Shown: positions 38,722 to 48,026 of the stretch, one piece after another
Numbering within the stretch: the first letter of the stretch is position 1
How the letters are laid out: every line of letters starts with the position of its first letter
Source: Vicinamibacteria bacterium
GTDB lineage: Bacteria > Acidobacteriota > Vicinamibacteria > Marinacidobacterales > Marinacidobacteraceae
Length of the DNA: 64,000 bases
NCBI GenBank assembly: GCA_963422395.1
Contig: OY729431.1
Coordinates: 2,240,001-2,304,000 of the forward strand
Reading direction: 5' to 3'
Translations under genes and position numbers: made by a program
Notes under the pieces: generated by a model
What the model saw: only the letters and a program-made list of their open reading frames with translations
The model's database searches: none
What the model was told of the DNA's origin: nothing

Positions 38722-40840
38722 ATACAACTGGCCCGCAGCAGCAGACCGCCGGCTCATCGGCTCGCGCCTCAGCCGGCTGGACGGCCCGGTCAAGGTCACC
38801 GGACGCGCGAAGTACGCCTACGACCGCAACCGGCTGGGAATGCTCTGGGCGCAGATGGTCCAGAGCCCGCACGCTCACGCGCGCATCACCGCGATCGACA
38901 CTTCGGCCGCCGAGGCGCTGGAAGGGGTGGTGAAGGTCCATGTCATCCAGGATGTGGGGACCGAGATCCAATGGGCCCATGACGAGATCGCGGCGGTGGC
39001 GGCGACTTCCGAAGAGGCCGCGCGCGACGGCGCCGCCGCGGTGAAGATCGAGTACGAGGTGCTCCCGCACTTCGTGGAGGAGCGCCGGTTGGACGACGCG
39101 CCCGACGCACAACCCGCTCAGGCGGAGACCACCGGCGATCCGGCGGCGGCGATGGCTTCCGCCGCCACCCGGGCCGGAGGCTCCTACCATGCGGCCCAGA
39201 TCGCTCATTGTTCCCTCGAATCGCACGGACAGGCCGCCGAGTGGGAAGACGCGGAAACTCTGACCGTGTGGGCTTCGACCCAGGCCATCTCCGGCATCGC
39301 CTCGCAGCTCGGGGAAGCGCTCGGCATCCCGGCTTCCAATGTCCACATCGAGACCCAATACATGGGCGGCGGCTTCGGCAGCAAGTTCAGCGCCGACCGC
39401 TGGGGGGTCGTCTGCGCCGAACTCGCACGGATGACCGGCCGGCCGGTCAAGCTGATGCTGGACCGCGACCAGGAGGTGAGCGTCGCGGGGGCGCGGCCCT
39501 CGACCCATGCCGAGGTCGAGCTGGCAGCCGATGCCGAAGGCAATGTGGTCGCCTGGAACTCGAAGAGCTGGGGCTCCGGGGGACCGGCGGGCGCCGGCTC
39601 GCCGCCGATCCCGTATGTCTTCGGCTTCGACCACCAGACCCACGCCCACACCTCGGTGCCCACGAACACGGGCCCGGCGCGGGCCTGGAGAGCGCCGAAC
39701 CATCCGCAGGCGTGTTTCGTCACCATGCGGGCCCTCGAAGACCTCGCGCACGCAGCCGGGATGGACCCGCTCGCGTTCTTTTTGCAGAACATCGAGCGGA
39801 CCGGCGATCGAGCGAATGTCTATACCGACGAGCTCGAGAAGGGCGCAGAGTTGATGGGCTGGCGCGAGCGCTGGCGCCCGCGGGGGTCGGCCGGCGGGAC
39901 CGTGCGCTCCGGGCTCGGCCTTGCGATGCATACCTGGGGGGGGCGCGGCCACCGCAGCAACTGCGAAGTGCTGGCCTACCGCGACGGGCTCGTCGAGGCG
40001 CGGATCGGCAGCCAGGACCTCGGCACGGGCACCCGCACCGTGATCGCCCTGGTGCTCGCCGAAACCTTCGGACTCGGCATCGAGCAGGTCGAAGTGACGA
40101 TGGGCCGCAGCGTGCTTCCGGCTTCGGGCGCTTCGGGAGGAAGCACCACGGTGGGCGGGGTCAGCGGCTCCACCCGGCGCGCGGCGCTGAACGCCGTGGA
40201 TGCGGTCTTCGAACGGATCGCGCCCCGGCTCGGCACCGAGCCTTCGAACCTCCGGCTCGCCGATGGACGGCTGCACTTCGCCGACGGCTCGGCCGAGCCG
40301 ATGCCCTGGCGGCAGGCGGCGGCCCTCATCGGAGTGAATCCGGTGACCGCCACCGGCGCGAACCCCGGGCCCGGCTCGCTGACCGACAGCGGCGTCTGCG
40401 GCGTCCAGATGGCGGATGTGAGCGTGGACATGGAAACCGGAGTGGTCGGGATCAACCGACTGGTCGCGGTCCAGGACTGCGGGCTCGTCCTCGACCTGAA
40501 GACCGCCGAGAGCCAGGTGTACGGCGCGCTCATCATGGGAGTGACCTACGCTCTGACCGAAGAGCGCGTCTTCGATCCGTTGACCGGCCGGATGCTGAAC
40601 GCCGACATGGAGTTCTACAAGCTCGCCGGCATCGCGGATGTGGGCGAGATGATCGTCCACATGATGACCGGGCCCGGCTACGACGAGCGCGGAGTCATCG
40701 GGCTGGGCGAGCCGCCGGTCATCTCGCCGGGAGCGGCGATCGCGAATGCGGCTTCGAACGCCGCCGGAGTCCCGATCAACGAGTTGCCGATGACCCCCGA
40801 GCGAGTGCTCGCCGCGATCGAAGCGGGAGGGATGGCCTGA
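38714..40840 (+). CDS. Xanthine dehydrogenase-family molybdopterin-binding subunit
   Basis: KVTGRAKY, SPHAHARI, GGGFGSK, WRAP, GTGTRT, SGGS, GLGEPP. Confidence 0.93.
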   Translation: MAEYNWPAAADRRLIGSRLSRLDGPVKVTGRAKYAYDRNRLGMLWAQMVQSPHAHARITAIDTSAAEALEGVVKVHVIQDVGTEIQWAHDEIAAVAATSEEAARDGAAAVKIEYEVLPHFVEERRLDDAPDAQPAQAETTGDPAAAMASAATRAGGSYHAAQIAHCSLESHGQAAEWEDAETLTVWASTQAISGIASQLGEALGIPASNVHIETQYMGGGFGSKFSADRWGVVCAELARMTGRPVKLMLDRDQEVSVAGARPSTHAEVELAADAEGNVVAWNSKSWGSGGPAGAGSPPIPYVFGFDHQTHAHTSVPTNTGPARAWRAPNHPQACFVTMRALEDLAHAAGMDPLAFFLQNIERTGDRANVYTDELEKGAELMGWRERWRPRGSAGGTVRSGLGLAMHTWGGRGHRSNCEVLAYRDGLVEARIGSQDLGTGTRTVIALVLAETFGLGIEQVEVTMGRSVLPASGASGGSTTVGGVSGSTRRAALNAVDAVFERIAPRLGTEPSNLRLADGRLHFADGSAEPMPWRQAAALIGVNPVTATGANPGPGSLTDSGVCGVQMADVSVDMETGVVGINRLVAVQDCGLVLDLKTAESQVYGALIMGVTYALTEERVFDPLTGRMLNADMEFYKLAGIADVGEMIVHMMTGPGYDERGVIGLGEPPVISPGAAIANAASNAAGVPINELPMTPERVLAAIEAGGMA

Positions 40841-40841
40841 C

Positions 40842-41792
40842 ATGCGCGCCTTCGAATACACCAGCCCGCGGACCGCGAGCGACGCGGTCCGGATGCTTTC
40901 CGTCGAAGGCGCCGCCGCGCTCGCCGGGGGCACGGACCTGCTTTCCCTGATGAAGGACGGGGCGGCGTCCCCCACTCGCCTCGTCAACCTGAAAGGGATC
41001 CGCGAACTCGCCGGCGCCCACGAAACCGATGGCGAACTTCGGATCGGCGCCACCACCCGGCTGGGACCGCTGGGCGAGCACCGGCGGATCCGCGAGTCGT
41101 TCCCGGCGGTCGCCCAGGCCATCGCCGGGGTGGGCAGCCGGCAGGTGTTGACGATGCGGACCGTGGGCGGCGATCTTTGCCAGCGGCCGCGCTGCTGGTA
41201 CTTCCGTGCCGGCTTCGGGCTCGTGCCGATGCACGAGGGCCGGTCCATGGTGAAGACGGGCGACAATCGGTACCACGCGATCTTCGGGAACGGTGGGGCG
41301 GCGGCGTTCGTGAACCCGTCGGGCCTCGCCCCCCCGCTCATGGCGCTCGGAGCCTCGCTGCACATCCTGGGTCCGGACGGTGAGCGCACCATGGCGCTCG
41401 AGGAGCTCTACCGGACGCCGACGAGCAGCGAGGAGAGCGAGTTCACCCTCGCTGCGGGCGAGATCGTCACCTCGGTCACGATTCCGATGCGAGAGACCCG
41501 GAACGCGACCTACGAAGTGCGGAACCGGAAAGGCTTCGACTGGCCGCTCGCCACCGCTTCGATAGCAGTCGGCGGCGAAGGCGCTCGCGTGGTGCTGGGC
41601 CATGTCGCCCCGACCCCCTGGAGTAGCACGGCCGCCGCCGAAGCGCTCGCCGGGGGCATCACCGAAGCGAGTGCCGAACGGGCTGCCGCGGCTGCGGTCG
41701 CCGATGCGTCGGCGCTCTCCGGCAACGCCTACAAGATCCAGCTCGCGCGAGTCGCGGTGAAGCGTGCTGCGCTCGCCGCCATGGAGGGCTAG
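40842..41792 (+). CDS. Xanthine dehydrogenase-family FAD-binding subunit (PaoB/YagS-like)
   Basis: LAGGTDLL, TVGGDLCQRPRCWYFR, NAYK. Confidence 0.92.
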   Translation: MRAFEYTSPRTASDAVRMLSVEGAAALAGGTDLLSLMKDGAASPTRLVNLKGIRELAGAHETDGELRIGATTRLGPLGEHRRIRESFPAVAQAIAGVGSRQVLTMRTVGGDLCQRPRCWYFRAGFGLVPMHEGRSMVKTGDNRYHAIFGNGGAAAFVNPSGLAPPLMALGASLHILGPDGERTMALEELYRTPTSSEESEFTLAAGEIVTSVTIPMRETRNATYEVRNRKGFDWPLATASIAVGGEGARVVLGHVAPTPWSSTAAAEALAGGITEASAERAAAAAVADASALSGNAYKIQLARVAVKRAALAAMEG

Positions 41793-41795
41793 ACG

Positions 41796-42056
41796 ATGGC
41801 CACGAACACGAAGCTCCCGAAAAGCGCGGTGCCCGCCGCCGCCGGACGCGCGGCTTTCGCGCTCTGCCACCGCCTTCGCTCCAAGGCGATGTACATGGAT
41901 GTCGAATACGACCCGAGCGTGCCCGGCGGGGTGCCCGGCGACGGCTACTTCTGGTGCACCCACACGATGAACTGCCTCGGCCCGGACGGCCGGGTGGCGG
42001 ACCGGGATCGGTGCACGGAGGGTTCGGCGCGAACCTGCTTCGAGAGAGCCTATTAG
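41796..42056 (+). CDS. Small Cys-rich hypothetical protein
   Basis: GGAGG RBS directly after the FAD subunit; C..LRSK.MY...FWCTHTMNCLGPDG...C...CF. Confidence 0.75.
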   Translation: MATNTKLPKSAVPAAAGRAAFALCHRLRSKAMYMDVEYDPSVPGGVPGDGYFWCTHTMNCLGPDGRVADRDRCTEGSARTCFERAY

Positions 42057-42060
42057 GCTA

Positions 42061-42149
42061 CCGGAGGGAGGGGATCCCCGTTCCTGGGCGACGACCGAAC
42101 AGGACATCGGGCGCCGACGGGCTAGGGGAACGGGGCGCCCCTCCCTCCG
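42061..42149. repeat. Long imperfect palindrome related to module A
   Basis: CCGGAGGGAGGGG..CCCCGTTCC / GGAACGGGG..CCCCTCCCTCCGG arms. Confidence 0.7.
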
Positions 42150-42258
42150 GGCGGCGATCCGGATCGCTCCGCGATTCCTCCCGCCCCTCTTCGCGGGGAG
42201 GGGATCCCCCTCCCCGCACCCCTCCCCGGGGGAGCAGGCTCCGCTCCGAATCGGCTGC

Positions 42259-42392
42259 GCAGCCTGTGGATGAAGCGGCGCGAACCCCAAGATCTGGTCC
42301 AATGGTCCCGGTGGGGCGCCGCCGGCCCTCGACCGGGAGCCGCTCGCGACTCGGCAATGCCGTATGGCCATATGACTTCGTCCACAGGCTGC
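42259..42392. mobile_element. 134-bp MITE-like element with 17-bp terminal inverted repeats
   Basis: GCAGCCTGTGGATGAAG (42259-42275) and CTTCGTCCACAGGCTGC (42376-42392), one mismatch; related pieces at about 14070-14174, 27379-27470, 28688-28728 and 37984-37998. Confidence 0.8.
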
Positions 42393-42436
42393 TAGACTTG
42401 GAAGCTCTAGAGCCTCGCTTGGCAAGGAGTTCCCCG

Positions 42437-43108
42437 ATGAAGATCTCTCGACTCGTTTTCGCCGTTCTGCTCATGCTCATCGCAGCCGGCAGTTTCGCCG
42501 GGGAGGCGGACACCTCGCTCTCCGGCCTCTATCTGGAAGCACGCACGGCGGATGTCTATGCCGGCCACTGCTTCGCGAACAGCGAGGTCGGCCTGACCGG
42601 CAAAGAAGCAGTGCTCGCGTGGAATGTTTCCGAAGGCGCCTACGAAGGCGTTCCGCTGGCAGGCCTCTCGGTGGTCGCAGTGGTCCGGGCGCAGGCCACT
42701 CTCGGGGATCCGCACGACGACCCCTATCCGGCGGATTCGGTGTTGATCGTGGATGAGAACGCGGACACCGACCAGCGCGCCGCCCTCGTTCAGCTGGCGC
42801 ACGATCTAGGCGGCGAACTCCTCGCAAATGTTCGCTCAGTCCGGGAAGCGCCGATATCCGCCGATTTCGACGACCAGCGGGGGCACGCCTCGCTGACCGC
42901 CGGAGACCTCGTCGAGGTGAGGACGCGGGCACTCAGCCATGAAGACCACCTCTGCGGCAGTGAGTTCGTGTACTACCCGCCGCTGACCGAGATCGCGGAT
43001 GCGGTTCCGGCATATACCGAAGCGCACGCCTTCCGGGGAGACGACTTCAACACCACTTGGAGCTGTCCGCTGAAGCGGAGCGCCTTCCTCGGAACCTTCG
43101 TCCGCTGA
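42437..43108 (+). CDS. Secreted DUF1326-like protein
   Basis: AAGGAG RBS; signal peptide; G.YLEART.DVY.G.CFAN.E; IVDENA..QR.AL; HLCG.E.VYYPPL. Confidence 0.75.
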   Translation: MKISRLVFAVLLMLIAAGSFAGEADTSLSGLYLEARTADVYAGHCFANSEVGLTGKEAVLAWNVSEGAYEGVPLAGLSVVAVVRAQATLGDPHDDPYPADSVLIVDENADTDQRAALVQLAHDLGGELLANVRSVREAPISADFDDQRGHASLTAGDLVEVRTRALSHEDHLCGSEFVYYPPLTEIADAVPAYTEAHAFRGDDFNTTWSCPLKRSAFLGTFVR

Positions 43109-43142
43109 CGGGAAAAGCATCCGCTCCCGCTCTTCCGCCACC

Positions 43143-43790
43143 ATGCGATTCAGGCGTGTAGCGGCGCTCGCCGGCGCCGCGCTTCTCACTGAAGGTTTCC
43201 CGGCGTTCGCTGCTGATCGACCCACGCTGACTGCCGGGGGCGGCTTGCCGGAGGCGATCTCCGGGGAAGTGCGCGAGGTGCTTCGGTCCGACGGACAGCT
43301 GGTGACGCTCGATTCGGGAACCACCCTCGAGTTCTGGTTCCGCACCGATGAGCCTGTCGAATCGGGCGGCGGAAGCGGGGCCACCTTTCCCGAACTCGGG
43401 GTGGGAACGCTGGTCGGAGCGGTCCGGATCGTCGGAGAGTGGTCCGATTACAAGGGCAACCCGATCGGGTCGGGGGTCTTCACCCTGCGGTACGGGATGC
43501 GGCCCGAAGACGGCAACCACATGGGGGTGTCGGTGCATCTCGACTTCGTGCTGCTGGTGCCAGCCGCAGAAGATCCGACGGTCGAGGTCGCGTGGGGGCA
43601 GCCCGATCTGAACATCATGAGTTTCGGGTCCACCGGCATCGGACATCCCGGGGTGATGAGTCTGGCGCCGAACTACGAAGGAGTCGCCGAACCGACCCTC
43701 TTCGAAGACGACACCGGAGGTTGGGCGCTCGCCTGGCCATGGGAACGCCTGACCCTGGGATTCGTGGTAGAGGGTGAAGGCGAGCACTGA
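43143..43790 (+). CDS. Secreted hypothetical protein
   Basis: Signal-like N-terminus; G.FTLRYG.RP.DGNHMGVS..DF.LL.PA motif; co-oriented within the cluster. Confidence 0.75.
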   Translation: MRFRRVAALAGAALLTEGFPAFAADRPTLTAGGGLPEAISGEVREVLRSDGQLVTLDSGTTLEFWFRTDEPVESGGGSGATFPELGVGTLVGAVRIVGEWSDYKGNPIGSGVFTLRYGMRPEDGNHMGVSVHLDFVLLVPAAEDPTVEVAWGQPDLNIMSFGSTGIGHPGVMSLAPNYEGVAEPTLFEDDTGGWALAWPWERLTLGFVVEGEGEH

Positions 43791-44602
43791 CGACTTCGCC
43801 GGACGGGCTGCTGCGGTCCTCCTGCCGGGTCGCGGGTCTCCTGCTGGCTGCCGGCGAATCGAGGCGGATGGGGCGTACCAAAGCGCTCCTGCCCCACCCT
43901 GACGGCTCTGGCAGGTCCCTCGTCCTCGCTGCCGCGGAGACGCTGCTCGCCGCCGGGGCCGCCCCGCTGGTGGTCGTCGTTGGTCATGCGCGGCGCGCGG
44001 TCCTTTCCGAACTGCACGGAGTCGGCGAAGCGATCCAGCCGGTGGCAAACCCAGCTTGGCGGAGCGGCGGAATGCTCTCCTCGCTGAAGGCGGGAATCCA
44101 TGCGTTGCCGCAAACGGGAGGGAGCGCCTGGACGCTCGTCGCCCCGGTGGACCAGCCCTTCCTCTCTACGGACCTGATCCGGCGGCTGCTGGCCCGCGCC
44201 TGCGATCCGGAGGGGGCGGCAGCGGGTGGTTCGAAAGGAGCCGCTCCGAAAGCCGTGGTTCCGGCGACGCCGGAGATGCAGCGCGCCGGAGTATGGGGTC
44301 TGCCGGTTCTGCTGTCGCACCAGCTGTTCCCCGAGATCCTCGCGGAATCCCCGCCGCCAGGAACAGCGGGCGCGGATCGGGGTGCCCGCCGGGTGCTCCG
44401 ACGCTTCCGGACAGAGATCGCACTCACCCCAGCGAGCCCCCAGGAACTCCTGGACCTGGACACGCTCGCCGACTACCGCAACCTGACCGACGCCTTGAAA
44501 AAGGCGCCGAAAGGCGTTCCCTCTGGCCGCCTCGTCGCTCGACAGATCGAAAAGCCCCTGTCGGAGCCCAACCTGTCGGAGTCCGACATCTCGGCTGGGT
44601 GA
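43787..44602 (+). CDS. MocA/MobA-like nucleotidyltransferase
   Basis: LLAAGESRRMG..KALL lies partly upstream of the track's ATG (43868), so the start is placed at in-frame CTG 43787; GMLSSLKAG, PVDQP, DRGAR, DLDT..DY. Confidence 0.85.
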   Translation: MTTSPDGLLRSSCRVAGLLLAAGESRRMGRTKALLPHPDGSGRSLVLAAAETLLAAGAAPLVVVVGHARRAVLSELHGVGEAIQPVANPAWRSGGMLSSLKAGIHALPQTGGSAWTLVAPVDQPFLSTDLIRRLLARACDPEGAAAGGSKGAAPKAVVPATPEMQRAGVWGLPVLLSHQLFPEILAESPPPGTAGADRGARRVLRRFRTEIALTPASPQELLDLDTLADYRNLTDALKKAPKGVPSGRLVARQIEKPLSEPNLSESDISAG

Positions 44603-44627
44603 CCTGAGCCTCTCTTCCGCATCGACC

Positions 44628-45344
44628 ATGCCCCTCCTGCACGAGCCGCTGCCGCACCTCGCAGCGCTGGGGCTCAGCTGCGGCTGGGTAGGCGCGGTGG
44701 TCGCGGGCGCGGAGCTGCTGCGGCGGAGCGGGTCGTGCTCGGCGGAGACGGCGCGGAAGATCATCCACGCGGGAGTGGGGGTCTGGGCGGTCCCGGCGGT
44801 ACTGCTGTTTTCCGACTGGCGCGTTGCGATCCTCCCCCCGCTCGCCGCGGCGGCGGCGAATTTCGTGATCCACCGCTTCCGACTGCTCCCGTCGTCGATC
44901 GACGACCCCACCAATCTGGGAACTGTGTTCTTTCCCCTCTCCTTCGCGGGACTGCTCGCTGTCTTCTTCCGCCCGGGAGAGCCCGACGATCTCGGCTTCG
45001 TGGCGGTTGCCGGCCTGCTGACGATGGCGCTCGGGGACGCAGCGGCAGCAATCTGCGGGAAGAGGTTCGGAACCCGGGGCTACACCGTCCTCGGACATCG
45101 CCGAACGATGGAGGGAAGCCTCGCCCTGTTCCTCACTTCGGCCGCAGCCATCGCGGTCGTCCTGCACACCATGGCGGGATTCAGCTGGCACCCCGCGGTC
45201 GCCTTCGGGCTGGTTACCGGGACGGTAGCGGCCGGCATCGAAGCGGTGTGCCCCTTCGGGAGCGACAACCTGTTCGTGCCGCTAGGCGCCGCCGGGGTCT
45301 TGTGGCTGCTTCTACGGGTCAGCGGAGCTGCTCTCGGCCTCTGA
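44628..45344 (+). CDS. Polyprenol/phytol kinase family membrane protein
   Basis: RKIIH, MALGDAAAAICG..FG, RTMEGS, GSDNL.VPL. Confidence 0.85.
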   Translation: MPLLHEPLPHLAALGLSCGWVGAVVAGAELLRRSGSCSAETARKIIHAGVGVWAVPAVLLFSDWRVAILPPLAAAAANFVIHRFRLLPSSIDDPTNLGTVFFPLSFAGLLAVFFRPGEPDDLGFVAVAGLLTMALGDAAAAICGKRFGTRGYTVLGHRRTMEGSLALFLTSAAAIAVVLHTMAGFSWHPAVAFGLVTGTVAAGIEAVCPFGSDNLFVPLGAAGVLWLLLRVSGAALGL

Positions 45345-46097
45345 CTCCGGATTCGTTCGGAAGCTGGTGTCCGCCAAATAGCGGACGAGCCACTGTTCCG
45401 TACCCCGCACGACACCAGCGAGCTTTGCCATGATCTCCTGTGCCCCCTGCGGGCCGAGTGCGCGTGCCAGCGGCGACCCCTGGTCGAGCGCGGCGAAGTT
45501 CCCTACCTGGAAGAAGTGGATGTATCCACTCTCCCCGCCGAGCGTCAGCGCACCGGAAGTGTGGTGCATCGCAGCCGCCTCGAAATGCGGCAGCACCTCC
45601 TCGGCCATCACCCGCAGATAGTCCTGTTCCCGACCGGGAGTTACGGAGACCACCTGGACCATCGTCAGGTCCGGCTCTTCGTCGTCGGGGAGCGGATTGT
45701 CGAGATCCGGCGTCGTCCGGAGCGCGAAGGTAGTGCGGCTGGTAACGACACGCCGGAGTCGGCTCCGGAGGCTCGAACGCGCGGCATCGGTCTCGGGGGC
45801 CTGGTCGAAGCGCGCAAAGTCGGCGAGCGGAGTCATGACCAGGAAGCGATAGGTGTCGCCGAACACCGCGGTCCGGCTGACGCTGCGCCAGGGAACGCCC
45901 GCCTTTCGGTCGAGAGCCGACAACTCGCGCTGCGCCGCCAGGAATTCGTCCACGCGGTCTGGATCGACCCCGATCATGGTCATTTCGATCCAGGGGGACG
46001 ACTCCCGGGCCGGAGCCGCCGCTTGCCGGGCGCCCGTCAGAGGAAGCGCCACCAACACCCAAAGCCCTGCTCTGCACCAGGGTTTCGGGCTCAGCAT
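45312..46097 (-). CDS. Secreted hypothetical protein with two similar alpha/beta units
   Basis: Signal peptide; duplicated pattern V.P.R...F/Y and L.DFA.FD / V.NFA.LD. Confidence 0.65.
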   Translation of the reverse strand: MLSPKPWCRAGLWVLVALPLTGARQAAAPARESSPWIEMTMIGVDPDRVDEFLAAQRELSALDRKAGVPWRSVSRTAVFGDTYRFLVMTPLADFARFDQAPETDAARSSLRSRLRRVVTSRTTFALRTTPDLDNPLPDDEEPDLTMVQVVSVTPGREQDYLRVMAEEVLPHFEAAAMHHTSGALTLGGESGYIHFFQVGNFAALDQGSPLARALGPQGAQEIMAKLAGVVRGTEQWLVRYLADTSFRTNPESEAESSSADP

Positions 46098-47974
46098 GAC
46101 ACGCAGTTGTGGTTGTTCTTCGAACCCAGGCTCTCCAGCAGCGCAACGGTTACGGGAATCGGCGACACTCGCTGTACCGGGCCATTCGCCATGTCCGCGG
46201 TCGTCTGACCGCGCCGACTCACGGCGGTGACATCGCCTCCCTGCCCGACCAGATAGAGGATGAGTTCGTCGTCACCGCGCGCCGCCGCGTGATGGATCGC
46301 GTTGTAGCCGTTGTGATCCCGCTGGTTCACCGAGGCGCCCAGCTCGACGAGGTACTCGACGGTTGCCAGCCAGGCATCCGGTGCATGCCGGTGCGCATTC
46401 CCCGCGAAGCCCTCGCCGTAACCCACGCCGGAGGCGGCGTGGATCGGATATACCCCAGGATCCCCAGCCGCGTACGGCGGCAAGCCGGACGGATCAGGCC
46501 CCATCGTCGTGAGGTCCGTGGCCATCCACAGGCCGGGTGCCGCCGGAAGCACGGACAGGGAACTCGACCCCTCTTCGTTCCGAGCCGTGGTACCGCCTCG
46601 GTTACGGCGCGGCTCGGGCGCCTCGGTCGGAATATCGGGATCGGCCCCGTACTCGACCAGCAGGCGCATCGCCGGCAAGTCGGTCGCATATGCGGCCCGC
46701 CAGAAGGCGGTCGCGCCCGCAGTGTCCACGAGGCCGCAGTTTCGGTTGCCGCAGCCGCTATAGACCATGTACCAAGGATGTTTCTCGATCCGGGCATTCG
46801 GATCCGCGCCCGCATCGAGCAGCGCCCGCATGACCTCCAGATAGGTCGACTGCTGCGAGCCGCGCTCTTGCGGCTGCGGAAACCGGGTGCGCGGCTGCCA
46901 CTCGGCGTTGATGGCCGCCCAAAGCGGCGCCACGCCATTCGCGTCGGACGCGATATTCGGATCGGCGCCGCGCTCGAGGAGAAGCAGCGCCAGGTCGAAC
47001 TGCCCGTTGATGGTGGCCATCAGCAACGCGCTGGTGCCGTCGGCTGCCGAAACCCGATCGATGTCGGCACCGCCGTCGAGGAGCGCCGCCGCCGCCTCGG
47101 CGTACCCCTGTCGGGCCGCGTGCAGCAACGCCGTCAGCCCGCCCTTCGCTTCCACCTGCGGACGAAAGAACCGGCTGCGTTCGTCCTCTTCTTCGCCGTC
47201 GGCTGCCGGAACCTCCTCGGACAGGTAGAAATCTCGCGCCGCCAGCACCGCGGCCTGCACCTGGGTCGGCGTCGGCTTGGTTCCTCCCGCCGAAAACGCC
47301 GTCAGTACGCTGCGCTGGCGCTTCTGGGCAGCCGTCGCCCGCTGGTAGTCGGCCAGCAGATCCACCGTCTTCGAAGGGATGTCCGGATCCGCTCCGCGTT
47401 CCAGCAGCGTGCGGACCGCATCCACCCGGTCGCGCGCCGCGGCGAAGATCAAGGGGGTCTGCCCCCAGGTCTTCTCCCGTGCTTCTACTGCAGCCCCGTG
47501 GTTGAGCAGCGCCGTGATCGCCGCGACCGCCCCGGAAGCGGCAGCGAGATGCAGCGGAGTCACTCCGCTCGTGCTCGTCACGGCAGCCGGGTCGGCCCCC
47601 GCCCCGAGCAGCAGCCCGACGACCTCCGCTTGGCCGGCCGCGCTCGCTACATGGAGCGGCGTGTAGTGCCCGATCCGGGTCACCGCATCCACCGGAGCCC
47701 CGGCCTGGATCAGCGCTTCGGACAGCTCCGGATCGCCCCGTTCGGCGGCCCAGTGCAGGGCCGACATGCCGTCACCGTGTGCAGCGCTCGCATCTTCACC
47801 CCGAGCGAGAAGCGCCCGGACCGCCGCGAGGTCACCGAGGCGCGCGGCGTCGGCCACCGGCGCCGCGGTGGGCGGCGCCGCAATTCCGGCGCCGACGAGG
47901 AGCAGCGCCGCCGCGGCGACGCCCAATAGCCCCTGGACGAATCGGCGTGAGCGCCGAGACCGGCCTGATCGCAT
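46091..47974 (-). CDS. Secreted ankyrin-repeat protein
   Basis: Repeated G.T/SPLH.AA..G motifs; signal-like N-terminus. Confidence 0.92.
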   Translation of the reverse strand: MRSGRSRRSRRFVQGLLGVAAAALLLVGAGIAAPPTAAPVADAARLGDLAAVRALLARGEDASAAHGDGMSALHWAAERGDPELSEALIQAGAPVDAVTRIGHYTPLHVASAAGQAEVVGLLLGAGADPAAVTSTSGVTPLHLAAASGAVAAITALLNHGAAVEAREKTWGQTPLIFAAARDRVDAVRTLLERGADPDIPSKTVDLLADYQRATAAQKRQRSVLTAFSAGGTKPTPTQVQAAVLAARDFYLSEEVPAADGEEEDERSRFFRPQVEAKGGLTALLHAARQGYAEAAAALLDGGADIDRVSAADGTSALLMATINGQFDLALLLLERGADPNIASDANGVAPLWAAINAEWQPRTRFPQPQERGSQQSTYLEVMRALLDAGADPNARIEKHPWYMVYSGCGNRNCGLVDTAGATAFWRAAYATDLPAMRLLVEYGADPDIPTEAPEPRRNRGGTTARNEEGSSSLSVLPAAPGLWMATDLTTMGPDPSGLPPYAAGDPGVYPIHAASGVGYGEGFAGNAHRHAPDAWLATVEYLVELGASVNQRDHNGYNAIHHAAARGDDELILYLVGQGGDVTAVSRRGQTTADMANGPVQRVSPIPVTVALLESLGSKNNHNCVSC

Positions 47975-48026
47975 GGACCTGTCCTCCTTGCCCGACCGCT
48001 GGTCGGCGTCCTCCAATCGGTTTCTC

